From the NCBI GenBank assembly GCA_973895155.1, contig OZ316895.1, positions 7,180,184-7,244,183 on the forward strand: DNA of 64,000 nucleotides, in the 5' to 3' direction. Both the position numbers and the translations under genes were made by a program. Source of the DNA: Marsupella aquatica (lineage: Eukaryota; Plantae; Marchantiophyta). Below are positions 51,801-64,000 of this stretch, piece by piece. Under the pieces are notes generated by a model. It saw only the letters and a program-made list of their open reading frames with translations, was not told the DNA's origin and made no database searches. The number at the start of each line of letters is the position of its first letter. The stretch's first letter is position 1.

Positions 51801-54439
51801 TCTGTTCTCTTCAATGTGCCGAAAGTCTGGAGTCTTGACTTCCATTCGTTTTCTAAACTTCTACAGCAAATTGGGGGTCTAATATTCGTAAGGTGCTGGA
51901 TTATCAAACCAAACGAAAGGAACGGAGTTCAACGAAATCTTCCAAGGCAAAAAGTATCATAGCAGAGAGACAGAATGATGCTGCTTGGTAAGCAGCTACA
52001 TTGCGAATTGCCTTGCTCGAAAACTCAGCTGCGCAGAATGGATGATATTCCGGCAGCACGGCTTGAATTCTCAAAGATCGATGAAAATCGGAGAGATTTC
52101 CTGGAAGAATGCGAAACCCAGCCATGGCGTGCAATTTGTTTTCACGAATGTGACAGTACATGGCCTTGCTTCGAATCTTGCTCACTGTCGTGCCCTCTCT
52201 AGATTACAGCACGAGGGTGTCAAGTTTCTGGAACGTACTGTCAGCCGTGGCTAAGCGCATTCCTTGCTTAAGTGCAAGGAAAGTCGTTTTCCCAAAAAAG
52301 TCCACATTTTTTCGAGGCAGTTTCTAATGTAGCCTTTTTAAACCGCCACAGGCCATGTATAAGGGCCAAGACCTCGCCTTTTTCGCACATTTCATGCACA
52401 TTTCTCCTCTACCATGCCAATTAGCTCTACAATTTCAGGATAAAGCTACTTTTAATGGTAACTACGGGTTACCCTAGCTTTTAAAGGGCGGTGTGGTCTA
52501 ATTGTCATCAGTCACTACAGGACGTATTGATAGGTCCAAACTGAATGGGTATTCTATTTGAAATGTCCACCAGTGCATGATGGATAAAAGATGTAGTTTA
52601 TTCATAAGTCTAGGACATGTTTACACTGAATATTATCTTGCACTAATATATGAAATATACTATAATACCACCCATGTGTATGCAAGGATACGAGGAAACT
52701 TTGGAGATTCAGTGCATGATAGCTAGAAATGAAAGTCTTTTGTGGTACGACTTACAGCAAGGTCCCACAGCAGAACTGCCAAATTGATGGCATTTGCATT
52801 TCTAGCATAATGAGCCTAATGCCAGTGTGTTGCACTATTAGTGAGGGTGAGACAGTGAGAATGAGGCACAGATGATGGGGTGGGAGATGATTTTGCTCCA
52901 TCAGTTGGTAACAAAAATTAACATACAACAAACATCCATAATTTGTACTGCTCAAATGACATTTTGTAGGCAGACCATAAGTCAGAATGGCTTAGATAGA
53001 ATATTATGATGTTGCCCAGAGAAACATGGCTTTGTAGTAGCTCACTTGAGTGCAGAACATTGTGATAAAATGTTGTAATTGACTCTGTTCTTTCTATGAG
53101 GTTTCACAGATTTACCCTTAGTATTATCAATAAATTAAAAATATGTATTATAATATTTGCTGTATTAGGACAAGATTAATTCATCTTGCATGTGTAAGGC
53201 ACGATGTAAGGCGTTCTTTCGGAGCTCATGCACTTATGCATTATGCAGGGCTGACTGCAATAGAAGTGGCGGTGTAAAGTACCGTAAAGTAAAGAAAAGG
53301 GAAGTAAAGTAAAGCCCGGATCCCCGGTTGCCGCTGTTGTTGGGATATTAAAGTTTCTGCCGAGAATGAGGGGACAGAAACGGTCGGTGGTGGGGCCTAC
53401 ATTCCCGCCCGCCAAACCGAGCCGTCATGGAGGGACGCCGGAAAAGTATAGACAACTAGTCGTGAAACAGTCGTGAAACGCTAGTACTAACACGACTTTC
53501 AGTTTGGAAATATCCATTCAGTGTCAAACTGTGTCAAAGCTTTGGCCACACATTTCCCTGGCTGTCTTTTCTGTGCGGCCTACCTCGCCCTACGGCCCTA
53601 GCCCCGCTATATCCGGCCCCGGACCCTGCTACAGTAGCCCTTGCCAGCCAGCCCCTGCCAGCCCCACCGTAGCCATGCCGTGGCCAATATGTCTGGTTGG
53701 GGCTCTTCTGCACAGGCTACCAACTTGTTCGAGGGCCGCCCTCGGCGAGCCTGGCCCAGTTCGTTATCCTCTCCACGTGTGCTTTCTCTTACAGAACGAG
53801 CCATATAAGATTGGATGGATCCCCACCCAAACCTTTAAGCTTGGATAGGACACTAAAATGTACTCTGTATAAAGTTTCAGCTATTTTTTAACACTAAATC
53901 CATGTCATGTGAGTGAAATTGGTTTGACTAAATCCAATGCAAACTGCAGAATCCTCTCTGAGCATTAGGTATGGGATGAAAATCTCATTCCAACTTATAG
54001 CACTTACAAATATGCCCCTCAATTGATTTGGTTGATTTTGATCCAAAACCCATTTCCTGCATCTTTGGATTCCAGGAAAATTTTCATGTGTCATTTTTGG
54101 TTTGGTGTGTGCACGACTGGTCCAGGGTTAGGCTAGTTTAAGGGTAGGTTTATTATGAAAATTAGTTTGGAGTCCATTACATGATTGAAAACTGTCCCCA
54201 ATCTACCATTCCAACTTGATCTTAGTTTTCCTCTGTACAAATGACCACTTTCTTGATGCCAAAAGTTGTTTGGTTCACACAAGTCCAACTCAAACATGAC
54301 AATTAATCACTCCATCACAAGTTACTGACTTGCTTAATTTTCAAACATGAAGCTTGGTCAGGCAAAGGGGAAACAGGGACTCAATTTGGGAATTCCAAGG
54401 CAAAGCGCGCCCATAGTATAAGCATAAGCACAGTTTTTT

Positions 54440-54700
54440 TACAAATATACCCTCCAAACTGCACAACTTATGTTTCCCCCAAAACTAATTCAACTACTAA
54501 GTTTCCCCATCCATTAATCTTAGCCGCACATTCCAAAAGTTATGGCCATCCTATTGCTTGCAAGGAGGCAATATATATGTATTAATTAAATGAGGTTAGG
54601 GGGCAACTTAGTAATTTTGATCAATTTTGTGGGTGACATAGTAGTAAAAATCAATTCAACACACTCAATAGTTTTAAGTGAGGTTAGAAGTTTGTCAAAC
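54440..54700. mobile_element. Decayed inverted-repeat (MULE/MITE-like) element
   Basis: atgtttcccccaaaactaattcaactactaagtttcccc (54471-54509) pairs imperfectly with ggggcaacttagtaattttgatcaattttgtgggtgacat (54600-54639). Confidence 0.4.
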
Positions 54701-54784
54701 CGAGATTATCCTGTGGAAAAAGTTGTCCATTCGAAGCAACCAGATCTTCAAGAGGGACTGTCTTTTCATTACACATGTCATGCG

Positions 54785-55122
54785 TGTTAGGATTTACTCT
54801 TAGGTCTAGAGTTACATTTGTACCGCAGTTAGGGCTAACCTTAGTAGCAGACTAGGTTAGGTTAGTCATGTTGTGCACACACTATACCCAAACGGGGTTT
54901 GCTTGGATAGAAGGAACTCAGGCTCATTGTTACGAGCCAATATAGAGATAGGGAGAGCTTGTGTTGTGGATACTTGGTATGGCTGGTCAGCCTAGAGTGC
55001 AGTAAAGCTCTTGTTTGTTCCCGTGGACGTCATGTGGAGTGAACCACATATCTCTCAGTATCGATACTTGTGCATTGGATGATTTATGGGCTTGTCATTG
55101 CGATTGTCATCTATGTTCAACA
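54785..55122 (+). mobile_element. Solo LTR related to the copia element at 19088-26372, in opposite orientation
   Basis: TGTTA...CAACA termini. 54930-55060 matches the reverse complement of the copia LTR (ggctcattgttacg, gggagagcttgtg.tgtggat.cttggtatggc, cctagagtgca.taaa). TSD atgcg/atgtg. Confidence 0.9.
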
Positions 55123-55776
55123 ATGTGCATACAAATCGCTACATCACATGCATCGCTTGTCACTCAAGTGGGCAAAATCCAACATTACAAACACAAGATA
55201 ATGGAATACAAGTGAACTCATGTCACCACATGCACAAAACCCTGCACAAAACCCACAATCTTTTGATGTAATGTTTTCAAAATGAAGCAACAATCAGTAC
55301 CAATGCTGCACACACACTCTCATCTAATACAATCCCTAACATATGTCAAGCCAAATGCACATTGCGCTTCAAGGAGTCCGCATACCATACACACAACCTA
55401 GCTAGCCACTCCATAGCTGCGAGAGCTTGTGTTGAAAAGCTCAACATCAAAAGATGGTCTTTCAAGCCACCAACAAAGGGAGAACTATCCTTACACACAA
55501 GCCCCTAATCCTAGATAGCACTCCTAGTTAGAATGGTGTGACATTTACAATGGCAAGAAACATTGCTCTACTATACCTTCTCTACAATAGCTTGGGAATT
55601 AGAATTCATTGCTTTTTAAATTTAACGGGGAAATTATTTTTGAGAAAATTGCATAACTCACTTGCAAAAAGGGAAACTCCCTGGGCTTACATTTTTGTAT
55701 ATTTCTATAAACATTTGGAATGTGAGAGATTTCTCACGTTTCTCATAATGCATGCAAATTAAATCAGTCTACTTGA

Positions 55777-56199
55777 GAGCATCTTCAGCGATAGGGTCAT
55801 AAGGGGTAACCTCTGAAGAGAGCATATAGGGGTTGATTTTAGAGGGATGGCTTCCTAGTGGTGGCCCCTATCCCTATATAAATGACAGCCAACCTCCATT
55901 TCCACAGCCTCTGACCTCCATATTTGGTAGAAATAGCAGCCAGGAGATAGACCTCTATCCTAACCTCTATTCCCATCTATGTCAGAGATTCCACATGTCA
56001 CAAGATCTTGGATATGCTTGAATGAGATTTTGAACCTAGGCATGTGACAACACATCATTTTGGAGGGAATTGGTCAAAGAACTAGGCAACCGGTGGTGAC
56101 TGAAATCAATATGAGGGCTTTTCTAGCTTTTACGCCTCCAAATGATGGGCTACATTTTGCGGTTAGAGGTCATTGACCCCTAAATCACTGAAGATGCTC
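55777..56199. mobile_element. PIF/Harbinger (Tourist-like) MITE
   Basis: TIRs GAGCATCTTCAG.GA at the start and TCACTGAAGATGCTC at the end, with further imperfect subterminal complementarity. Non-coding, 423 bp. The 3-bp TSD is not intact. Confidence 0.75.
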
Positions 56200-57087
56200 G
56201 ATGGTTTGGAAGATAACCCAGCATTGAAACTAAAGAAAACTAACTGGTCAGAGATTGAACTTGAAATTTGTTGACCATCAGTCAATCATATATCCTCGCA
56301 TATATCACCTTTAGTCACTTGAGCTGTAAAACATTTTGAGTTTGTTGCCATGTTCAAAATCAGAAGTGGTCAGTTTATCCTGAAACAGCCAAGGTAGACA
56401 CAAAATTGTACAAGGTGTTGGAAACCTTGATAGACACAAACCAAAGATACTATTCACATGTGTTTCTTACAGTTTTCCATTTGGTTACACTGTGTGCTGA
56501 GGGCATCAGTTGGAGTCTCCATGAAACCTTTATGTAGATGGGGCTTTTCTTAGAGTTTTATCCTCCACCTCTCACTGTGAGATTCTCCAGAAACCGACAG
56601 CACGCACCAATCTTTCCCTTTTGTCAAATATGAAGCTACTCTCACCAAGTTTTGTTTGATATTAATCACCAAGAATTGCTTTGCTATCCCAAGGGATGGT
56701 GAAAGGGTATCTTAGCTGAACAAAGTTTAATTCTCCCAAGGAATGGTGAAAGGGTTTATTGGTTGAACAAGATGGGGGCCCTCAAATGGCCTGCATTGTT
56801 CTGGATTTTTTCTTGGGCTCAATGACTGTTCAAATTTAGTTTTGGCTTGATCTCGACCTGTGCTGTTGGCTGAGTCAGCCCTCTCATTTGCCATTTTTTG
56901 TTTCCTTTGTGTTTTTTGTGGGGGACTGTTTGGTTTGTTAGGCTTAACTCTTCAGTCTTTGGCTAACCTCTCTTAGCCTAATCTACATCTTAATGATGAT
57001 TAGATGCAACTATAGTCCCTAGCATATAGGGGAGCAAGGAAGTGCTCCTTGGTGAGACTCTTGCTCATTGTTGAGTGAGCAAGCTAG

Positions 57088-57397
57088 TGTTGAACTATGA
57101 CGATCCAATCATTACTCATACCATGCACACGTAGTCGACACAATCTCCAGATGGTTCACCTCTTCTCCAAGGCTACGTCCACACGAACACATCAACTTAC
57201 TTCAAGAGTATACGAACACACATGCTCTCTCTCTTCCCAAGTTGCTCTATTACAATGAGCAAACACCACACACCAACGGCTTACACTAGCCCTGGTATAT
57301 GCAAGGTCACACACAACTAACGTTAGCTAAGACCCTAATTGTGGCTAGCCTAAGTGCCGTAACCTTTGAATCATAAAACTAAGAGCAATCCTTAACA
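57088..57397 (-). mobile_element. Solo LTR of a more distant, related copia family
   Basis: TGTTG...TAACA termini; perfect 5-bp TSD gctag/gctag; shares motifs with the copia LTR (gtcgacaca, tggttca, ggctacgtccac, acaatgagc, agccctgg, ttagctaag, agagcaat). Confidence 0.9.
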
Positions 57398-58130
57398 GCT
57401 AGGAGCTAAGTTAACAATCTTGGAGCATGTATTTGGAGGCTTGGTGTGGCTATGGTGGCCAAAGCTTAGGAAAGCTTCTGCATTCCCATGAACATAGCCT
57501 TGACAAAGTGAAACGCATGTTTAATGTGTCAATGTGATCTTGCTCGCTGGTTTCTCAATTATGGTGTTGCCAGAAATTTCTACATGGTTGCCTTTCCCTG
57601 TGGTTCCTTTTTGCCCTAGCCCTAGGACTTATTATGTTTGGTCGTGGGGTGGCCGTTGGCCCTTTACCTAGTTTGTGGGTCTGTCCAATTACCCCATTTT
57701 ATTGGGTTTTACTTACATTCAAGTAAATTGCTCCCTTCCAGGATTTTCTTTTTAAATGGCCACATAATGTATTGTTCACAACTGTATTGTATAAACATAC
57801 TTCGCCCGTATTATACACGGTATTGTAAAAGTTTCGTTCAGTCGAAAGTGGCCTGGTAACGGGTACAACTGTACTGTACTGTCGACTGCAGTTCACTGAA
57901 GGAAAATGGGGCTTTACTGTGAGGGAAAAAAGTAGAACTAGAGTGGAGGGCTTGAAGGAAGGAGGGAAGACGAGGACTCCGTGTTGCGTGTAATTGAGGT
58001 GAATTTAGGAATTGGATCGGATACAGAGTTGTGTACAGTATTTCAGGCGGCCAAACCATGAGAATTGCAGGTCATCGAAACCAAAATTGAAGGTCGTTTC
58101 GTCGAGTTTTTAAGCCTGAAGCTTTGAGAA

Positions 58131-61100
58131 ATGAGTGAACGCAAAAAGTACTTGACGTGCTCTCGGAAGTATGATTTGCCGTTGTTTTGTGCTGCGTGGA
58201 CGGGCTCGATTGAGTCCAGGCCAAAGTCAGAGTCGGAAGCGGGGCCATCGACTGAGCGGACAGATGACGAGGGACTCGGAGGAGCTAGACTTGGGCATGT
58301 CGTGGTTGGCGGTGGCGGAGGTGATCGGAAGAATGGGGTGAAGAATCTACTCGTGTTGGCCCACTATGACTTTGGCACCGACGTGCTCTCAGAGGCGGTG
58401 AGTACTTCGTGTTCTGCCTGTCTGTTGTCTATTTTATTCGCTACAACTTGAAAGATTTTGAGTTAGTTCGGAATTCAGGGGAGAAATTGGATCAAATTGT
58501 GGACTATCGTGGACACGTTTGAGGGAGGGGGTTTATTGAATCCCGTCTTCAAATCATAGTATCTCCGAAATCCCGAAAGCCCTAGATTCTAAATTTTGGC
58601 CCATCCCTAAAATGCATCCAGGAAATGTTGCGTGTCATTACATTCAACTGCAGGAGTGAGGGTAGGGGTTTGAGGTTTTTGGTTCCCATCTTCCTTTTGT
58701 CGTCTGTTCTGCAAAGGGCGGAGTGTTGCTAGGTGTGAAGTTTACTAGTATTGTGGATTGCTTTCTATATATATATATATAGCTTTCCAGGTTTAGCATT
58801 CTCTCCTGAAGCTCCAGAATAATTTATGTCAGATGTTTTGCAGATTAGTACCAGCTCAACGGATGACGATCCACCCTACCGTTTGGCTGTTCACCCTGGC
58901 AGTAATGAAATTGTCTGTTCTGTATCGAACGATTGCAGGTATTTGTCTTAGAAAATCTTCCTCCTAATTTTTTAACAATTTCTTTGGTTGTTGGGGCCGG
59001 TGCGGGCGGGAAGAGGGCAGTTAGTTTTGTGAAGATTTAGACCACAAGGTGTTCTCCTGGCTGCTCTACAATGAACAATGAGATGCATACCCTGCAATGT
59101 TATGGACTCCTACAATGTTCTATGGGTTGCTGTACAATGACATATATACGGTAATATTTTGGGTTCCTACAATGTTCTTGTTTGTGTCAAAGTGTTCATG
59201 GCGCTGACAATGATTGAAGTCGTGACTTAAATCATGTCTGGCTCACTTCCTGCAGGCTTTTTGAGGTGAGGTCAAATGACGGATTGAAACTGGAATCGAG
59301 TGAGAAGGTGCTTAAGCCATTGCGTGATGTGGGAGAACAGAATTGCCTGGTGTTTAGTAACGACGGCACTAGATTTGCCACTGGAGGAGAGGTAATATTT
59401 GGCGTGCTTTGGCCCTTGCAGAAGCTGGGTCTGAAAACTTCATAGCATCGTATACAACTTGGTCCTGTGGTCTACCTCCACTGAGAATGAACGATTCTGA
59501 TCAAACTAAAACGATCCCACCACACAGGACGGATATCTTCGAGTCTTTAAGTGGCCAAGTCTGGAGTTGGTATTGGATGAGCCCAATGCACATCAGTCTG
59601 TGAAGGACTTGGATTTCAGGTACGGCTGCTCTGGCTCTTGAAAGCTTCCACCTTGAAGTAGGGATTCGTTTCCGTGAAAGCCTGTCATCGTCAGAGTCTG
59701 ACTAAGAGGCAACTGTGTGCTCAACAAGCAATTTCGTAGACATCAAATCAATATTCTGGTTGACACTCAGTGGTTATTATCATGTTGTACGTTCTTAAGA
59801 TATGTTATTGTTGTTCAGTAGCACGGTTACAATGTTCTTACGGATTAGTTTTTGCTCTCATTCCAGCTTGGACTCTTCGTTGCTTGCTTCTACTGGAGAC
59901 AGTGGACCATGTCGAATCTGGGATATCTCCAAAGCATCTGCTGTTGCCTTGTTGAGCTCTGACAAGGTGTGTTGGGAAGTTTTTCAGTCATTGCACATGA
60001 AATAGCTGTGAGGCACAGAGCGTCTTTGCCAATCTCTCTGTAAAAGTCATGAAGAGTGAATCCATCCTGTCTCTCTCGTAGCATGAATCTTAATTTTATT
60101 AATCGAATAACTGATGGAGAGGATGGGAATCACTTAAAGTCGGCTGTATTAACAGCATTGTTTGAATTTTGTTTGTCGTTGATGTAGGCGTCAAACCTTG
60201 GGTATTGCCGATTTTCAAGGGATGGAACCAAACCTATTCTATATATAACCTTGAGGGAAGGTGGGCTCTCCTTGATTAGCTCGTGAATCTTATCATCAAA
60301 CCTGTAAATTGAGAAAGTGTTAAGATTGTTTTTGGAGGAAGAGTCTTCTGATGTCGTATGGCATCAATTTAGACTCCTGTTTGTTCATAAGTACAGCCAC
60401 TTCTACAACCAGGATCTTTCACACTCACCATGCATTCTTGGTTTCACTCCACTAGATCTCAGTAGACAGGGCATTTTACTGGAACATTTCAGACTAATGT
60501 TTAAAAAAAAACCGGAAATTAGGAATAATATACTTATGATTGGATCAACACGATTTGTGAACCAAATTGCTTTTTCAAATGGTGCTTACTCTTCAATGTT
60601 CAGACGTTTACATACATTCCAAGTCCTGCATCCTTTCGATTGTGTACATCTTTAAATTTAGACTTCACATATCGTCTTCGGCTACTAACTGATCTGTCTG
60701 GTCATTTGTGTAGGCGGCAAGGGGCTGATTGGATTGTGGGACACAAGAACTTGGGAAAAGGTTGGAGTAAAGAAGCTCAGTGATGTGCCCATCTCAGCTT
60801 TCAGCATCAGTCCAGATGGGAAATTTCTTGCGATGTACTTTTCCTCCTCCCTTCCACTCCTGTAATGTGATTATCAGGTGTTCTAGGTTTTATTTTGAAT
60901 TTTGTCCTTGATGACGGTTGAATGCAGTAATATGACATTAGAAAGCTTGGATTCTTTACACCTACTTCACGAATGAATGAAATGCCTACCTCATTGTCTA
61001 CTGCTGTTTGATGCACTGCTTTACAGTGGATCATCAGAAGGAGCTCTGAGTATAGTTGATGCAAACAAGCTGGTGGCGACCCAGCGGCTGAAGAGTGCCC

Positions 61101-61694
61101 ATATGGTGTTTGTAACGTCAATGGAGTTCTCTCCAAATGGCAGGTAGGTGTGGGTCTGAGAAGTTTTTCCAATAATTGTTTGTACTGTAAACAAACAAGT
61201 GATATTTCCTTAATGTTTACGGTGGTCCCTCACTTGCCTTGCACTCTGAAACGCAGGGCCCTATTATCTGTATCAGGAGACTCCAGTGCTCGGGTCACAG
61301 CTATTACTGATTCATCAAAACGAGAGGGTATTACACTCGTATCCTTTACTGGTATCTTGCCAGCGTAGGTCGTGCGTGTGGTCGGGATAATTTAGTGCAA
61401 CAATTTTTGTCCTCCATTGTAAGGCCCTTTGCTGGTTGATATGTACAGGATGTTAAATTAAGCAAATCTGTTGGTTGCTTCGAATCCAGTCAGGCCTATC
61501 ATGATTCTAACCTCCAAACTTTTTTGTTGTTTGCAGGTTGGCTAGTTTACTCGTTGATATTGCTATTGCTTGTGATAAGCGCTTGGCTCTTTTTAGCTTT
61601 CAAGGAAACTGCCGGGGAGAAATCTGTTGGAGCTGTTGTACATGACGTCCTGGCTCGAATTCTTCCAACAAATTCTATTTTGAGACGGACTTGA
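58131..61694 (+). CDS. SEC12: SEC12-like WD40 guanine-nucleotide exchange factor for Sar1 (COPII), with a C-terminal transmembrane helix, multi-exon
   Basis: YDLPLFCAAW, GGGGGDRKNGVKN (K-loop), PPYRLAVHP, FSNDGTRFATGGEDGYLRVFKWP, AHQSVKDLDFS, ISPDGKFLA, AHMVFVTSMEFSPNGRALLSVSGDSSARVT, TM segment WLVYSLILLLLVISAWLFLAF. Stop TGA at 61692-61694. Confidence 0.93.
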
Positions 61695-63339
61695 ACAACT
61701 GGCCTCAGGTCCTTGAAGGTCTCCGATCTGAGCAGCTAATCTCATATCCTTGGTCGCTGACTCTTCGCATCTCCCTGTGTACAATAGTAATAAAAATGTG
61801 TTCAGTGCAGGCACTGAGGCTTGAGGTGGGGCAGCATCTGTCCACAAGTGGCAAAACTATCTAATCGATCTCATTGTGCACCTGTAAGCTGAGGAGAATT
61901 GGAAGATTTGAAAAGTGAGTCCAATTTTTTGGACATCGATTCTTGAAACTTCTGTATATTTCTACCTCTTCTTCAGACAGCTGGGCTAGTGATTGCATAA
62001 TAAAATCATCCTGTGAAATTCTTTGCTCATCTGATGGAAAGCTGTTCTAGAGTCCTTCAGGATTAATGTCCGCCCTAGATCTTCCATAGGTAGCAATGTA
62101 CTCAGCAGATGCCTTAGTGAAGAGACCTCAAAAACTTTCCAAATTTTGTTTGAGGACACCTCAGCAAGGGAGCCTGGTGTAATGTTTCTCTATAACGTAA
62201 GAGCAAAAGGTGTCTTTACCTATTCGAGAAAATATTGATCAGACAGGGGACTCCACGAAATAAATCAAGCATTTTTCATCTAATGCCTACACTACAGAAG
62301 CATTTTTTATGTCTGCCCGAGGGTTTCTTTATTCCAAACCAGATGTTCGACTGCAGTCTGTCGGAGACATGTCTACGTGCCCTGTACAGACCGACTTGTG
62401 CATTCATGCGAACGTCACAAAGGGTACAATACACTCTCCTGTATTTGTAATTAAAGGTCAAGAACAATGATGAGGGATGAATCATTTTCCGTCCAAGGTT
62501 GTAATTTATTTTTCTCGTAAAATTGAAAAAGTCGTGCAAACAGCGATGCGGAGAGAATTATACAGCTTGTCTGAACAAAACTGAAACTCCATATTGTTAT
62601 TTAGAGCTACTATATTTTTCAGTTGAGGACTTCACTGAACTTGACTTAAACAAGGCACGCTGTAGGAGAAGAAATTGGGACTGGTTTCCTGTCCCTACCG
62701 ATGCACATTTGTAGCTACAAACTTCGAGACTTAATTGTGAGGATTGAGCTTTTTATACTTGACTGATGTTGGCTAGCGCAATCTCTAAGAGACTGAGGGA
62801 GGAGACACTCTTGGAGAAGGCCAAAACAAGCCAACACAAACGGAGGCTTCAACCATGCCGAAGGAGCACCAGAATGTGGGGGGCACACAGCCCAAAACAA
62901 CAAAAATAACAGAGAACAAGGAACTTCTGATTCTGGAACATACAAATGTTGAGTTTCCCGTATGCTTTCGTCACCTCCATCAATAGCCAATTCGACTTAG
63001 TGGGAACGGGCAAATTGTAGGCGCACGAAGTGTAAAATCCAACTGTTGTTCTAATTCCATCACAACATTTCGTTTCAACGAAAGGCCTGCTGAAGATGTC
63101 CATTGGATCCGTCTCCACCTTCTGAATGATGATTTTCGTGGTAACCTTCCTCCAATTTTTCATAAGTGATATATTTTTATAGAAAAATTTAGCCATGGGG
63201 TCGATGCGCAACATTGAATGGCAACATTCTTCGGAAGACTTGAACTGAAGACTATGCTCCAGATCCGCCCCATCAAACAAATTCAAATGGGGCCGAGACT
63301 GGTAGACGATTATGTTGAGATCCATCACAACATGTGAGC

Positions 63340-63920
63340 CAGCGGAGTACAGTAGGTGGAACAAACACGAGCACCAGGAGCGGAGGTCCCGCACAGCAGG
63401 CAGAGGAAATAAACAATTAAGGATTCAGATCCGTTCGAAATCCATCACAAGACGTGGGCCAACACGAGCAACACGGGAGAGAAGGCACCAGACCACAGTT
63501 CGAGGAAATGAAATATAATGGATTCAGCTCCGTTCGATTTAAGCCACACGAGCAAGAGTGGAGAGAAGGCACCACACCACAGGTAGAGGAATTTAAACAA
63601 TTATGGAGTCAGATCCGTTCGAAATCCATCACAAGATGTGGGCACGAGCAACACGGGAGAGAAGGCACCGGACCACAGGTAGAGGAAATGAAAAATTCTG
63701 GATTCAGATCCGTTCGCACTCCATCACAAGATATGGGCCAAGAGGAGCATCAGGGGAGAGAAGGCATCTACCTGTGAAATGAAAAATTATGAAGTCTGGA
63801 TTCAGGTCCGTTCACACTCCATCACAAGATATGGGCCAAGGCGAGCATCAGGGGAGAGAAGGCATCACCTGTGAAATGAAAAATCATGAATTCAGATCCG
63901 TTCGAAATCCACCACTGGTT
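63340..63920. repeat. Tandem array of ~85-100-bp units (about 6 copies) near the window end
   Basis: Recurring ggattcagatccgttcg...tccatcacaaga..tgggc...gggagagaaggca.c...gaaatgaaa at ~63421, 63519, 63605, 63700, 63798 and 63888. Confidence 0.9.
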
Positions 63921-64000
63921 CGACAAAGACATAGGCAAACAGAGGAGTTGAAATTGAAAAAATCCACCGCTGGTTCGGCATAGACATAGGCAAACAGAGG

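Noticed and set aside
53670-53695. miR171-like sequence (gccgtggccaatat)
   Set aside because: Only a partial match with an indel, and no precursor hairpin around it.
55267-55549. Possible additional solo LTR (tgtaatgt...acatttaca)
   Set aside because: The termini are plausible, but the flanks (tttga/atggc) give no TSD and there is no homologue in the window.
61339-61347. GTATCCTTT, a U12-type 5' splice site consensus in the last SEC12 intron
   Set aside because: Using it with the 61536 acceptor gives an immediate stop. The upstream G|GTATT donor preserves the transmembrane helix, and no clear U12 branch site was seen.
63340-63920. CRISPR-like repeat/spacer appearance
   Set aside because: The sequences between the conserved cores are homologous to each other, the context is eukaryotic and there are no cas genes. 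It is a tandem repeat.

Overview
Eukaryotic, intron-rich land-plant nuclear DNA; gene and intron style suggest a bryophyte such as a liverwort (inference only). Five spliced protein-coding genes were read by hand: a REM-type triple-B3 protein ending in an XBAT35-like RING-HC finger (+, 7865-11343), an SCPL51-like serine carboxypeptidase (-), organellar Twinkle primase-helicase (+), glycine decarboxylase P protein (-) and SEC12 (+). There is also a tRNA-Asn(GTT) gene. Repeats include a decayed full-length Ty1/copia element with a duplicated U5-PBS segment and a foreign insert in its integrase, two related solo LTRs, a Harbinger/Tourist-like MITE, a candidate tRNA-derived SINE, foldback elements and several degenerate tandem arrays. 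The most notable candidate novelty is the B3x3-RING chimera, a putative DNA-binding E3 ubiquitin ligase. All exon boundaries are inferred from GT-AG sites and reading frame, not from transcripts.
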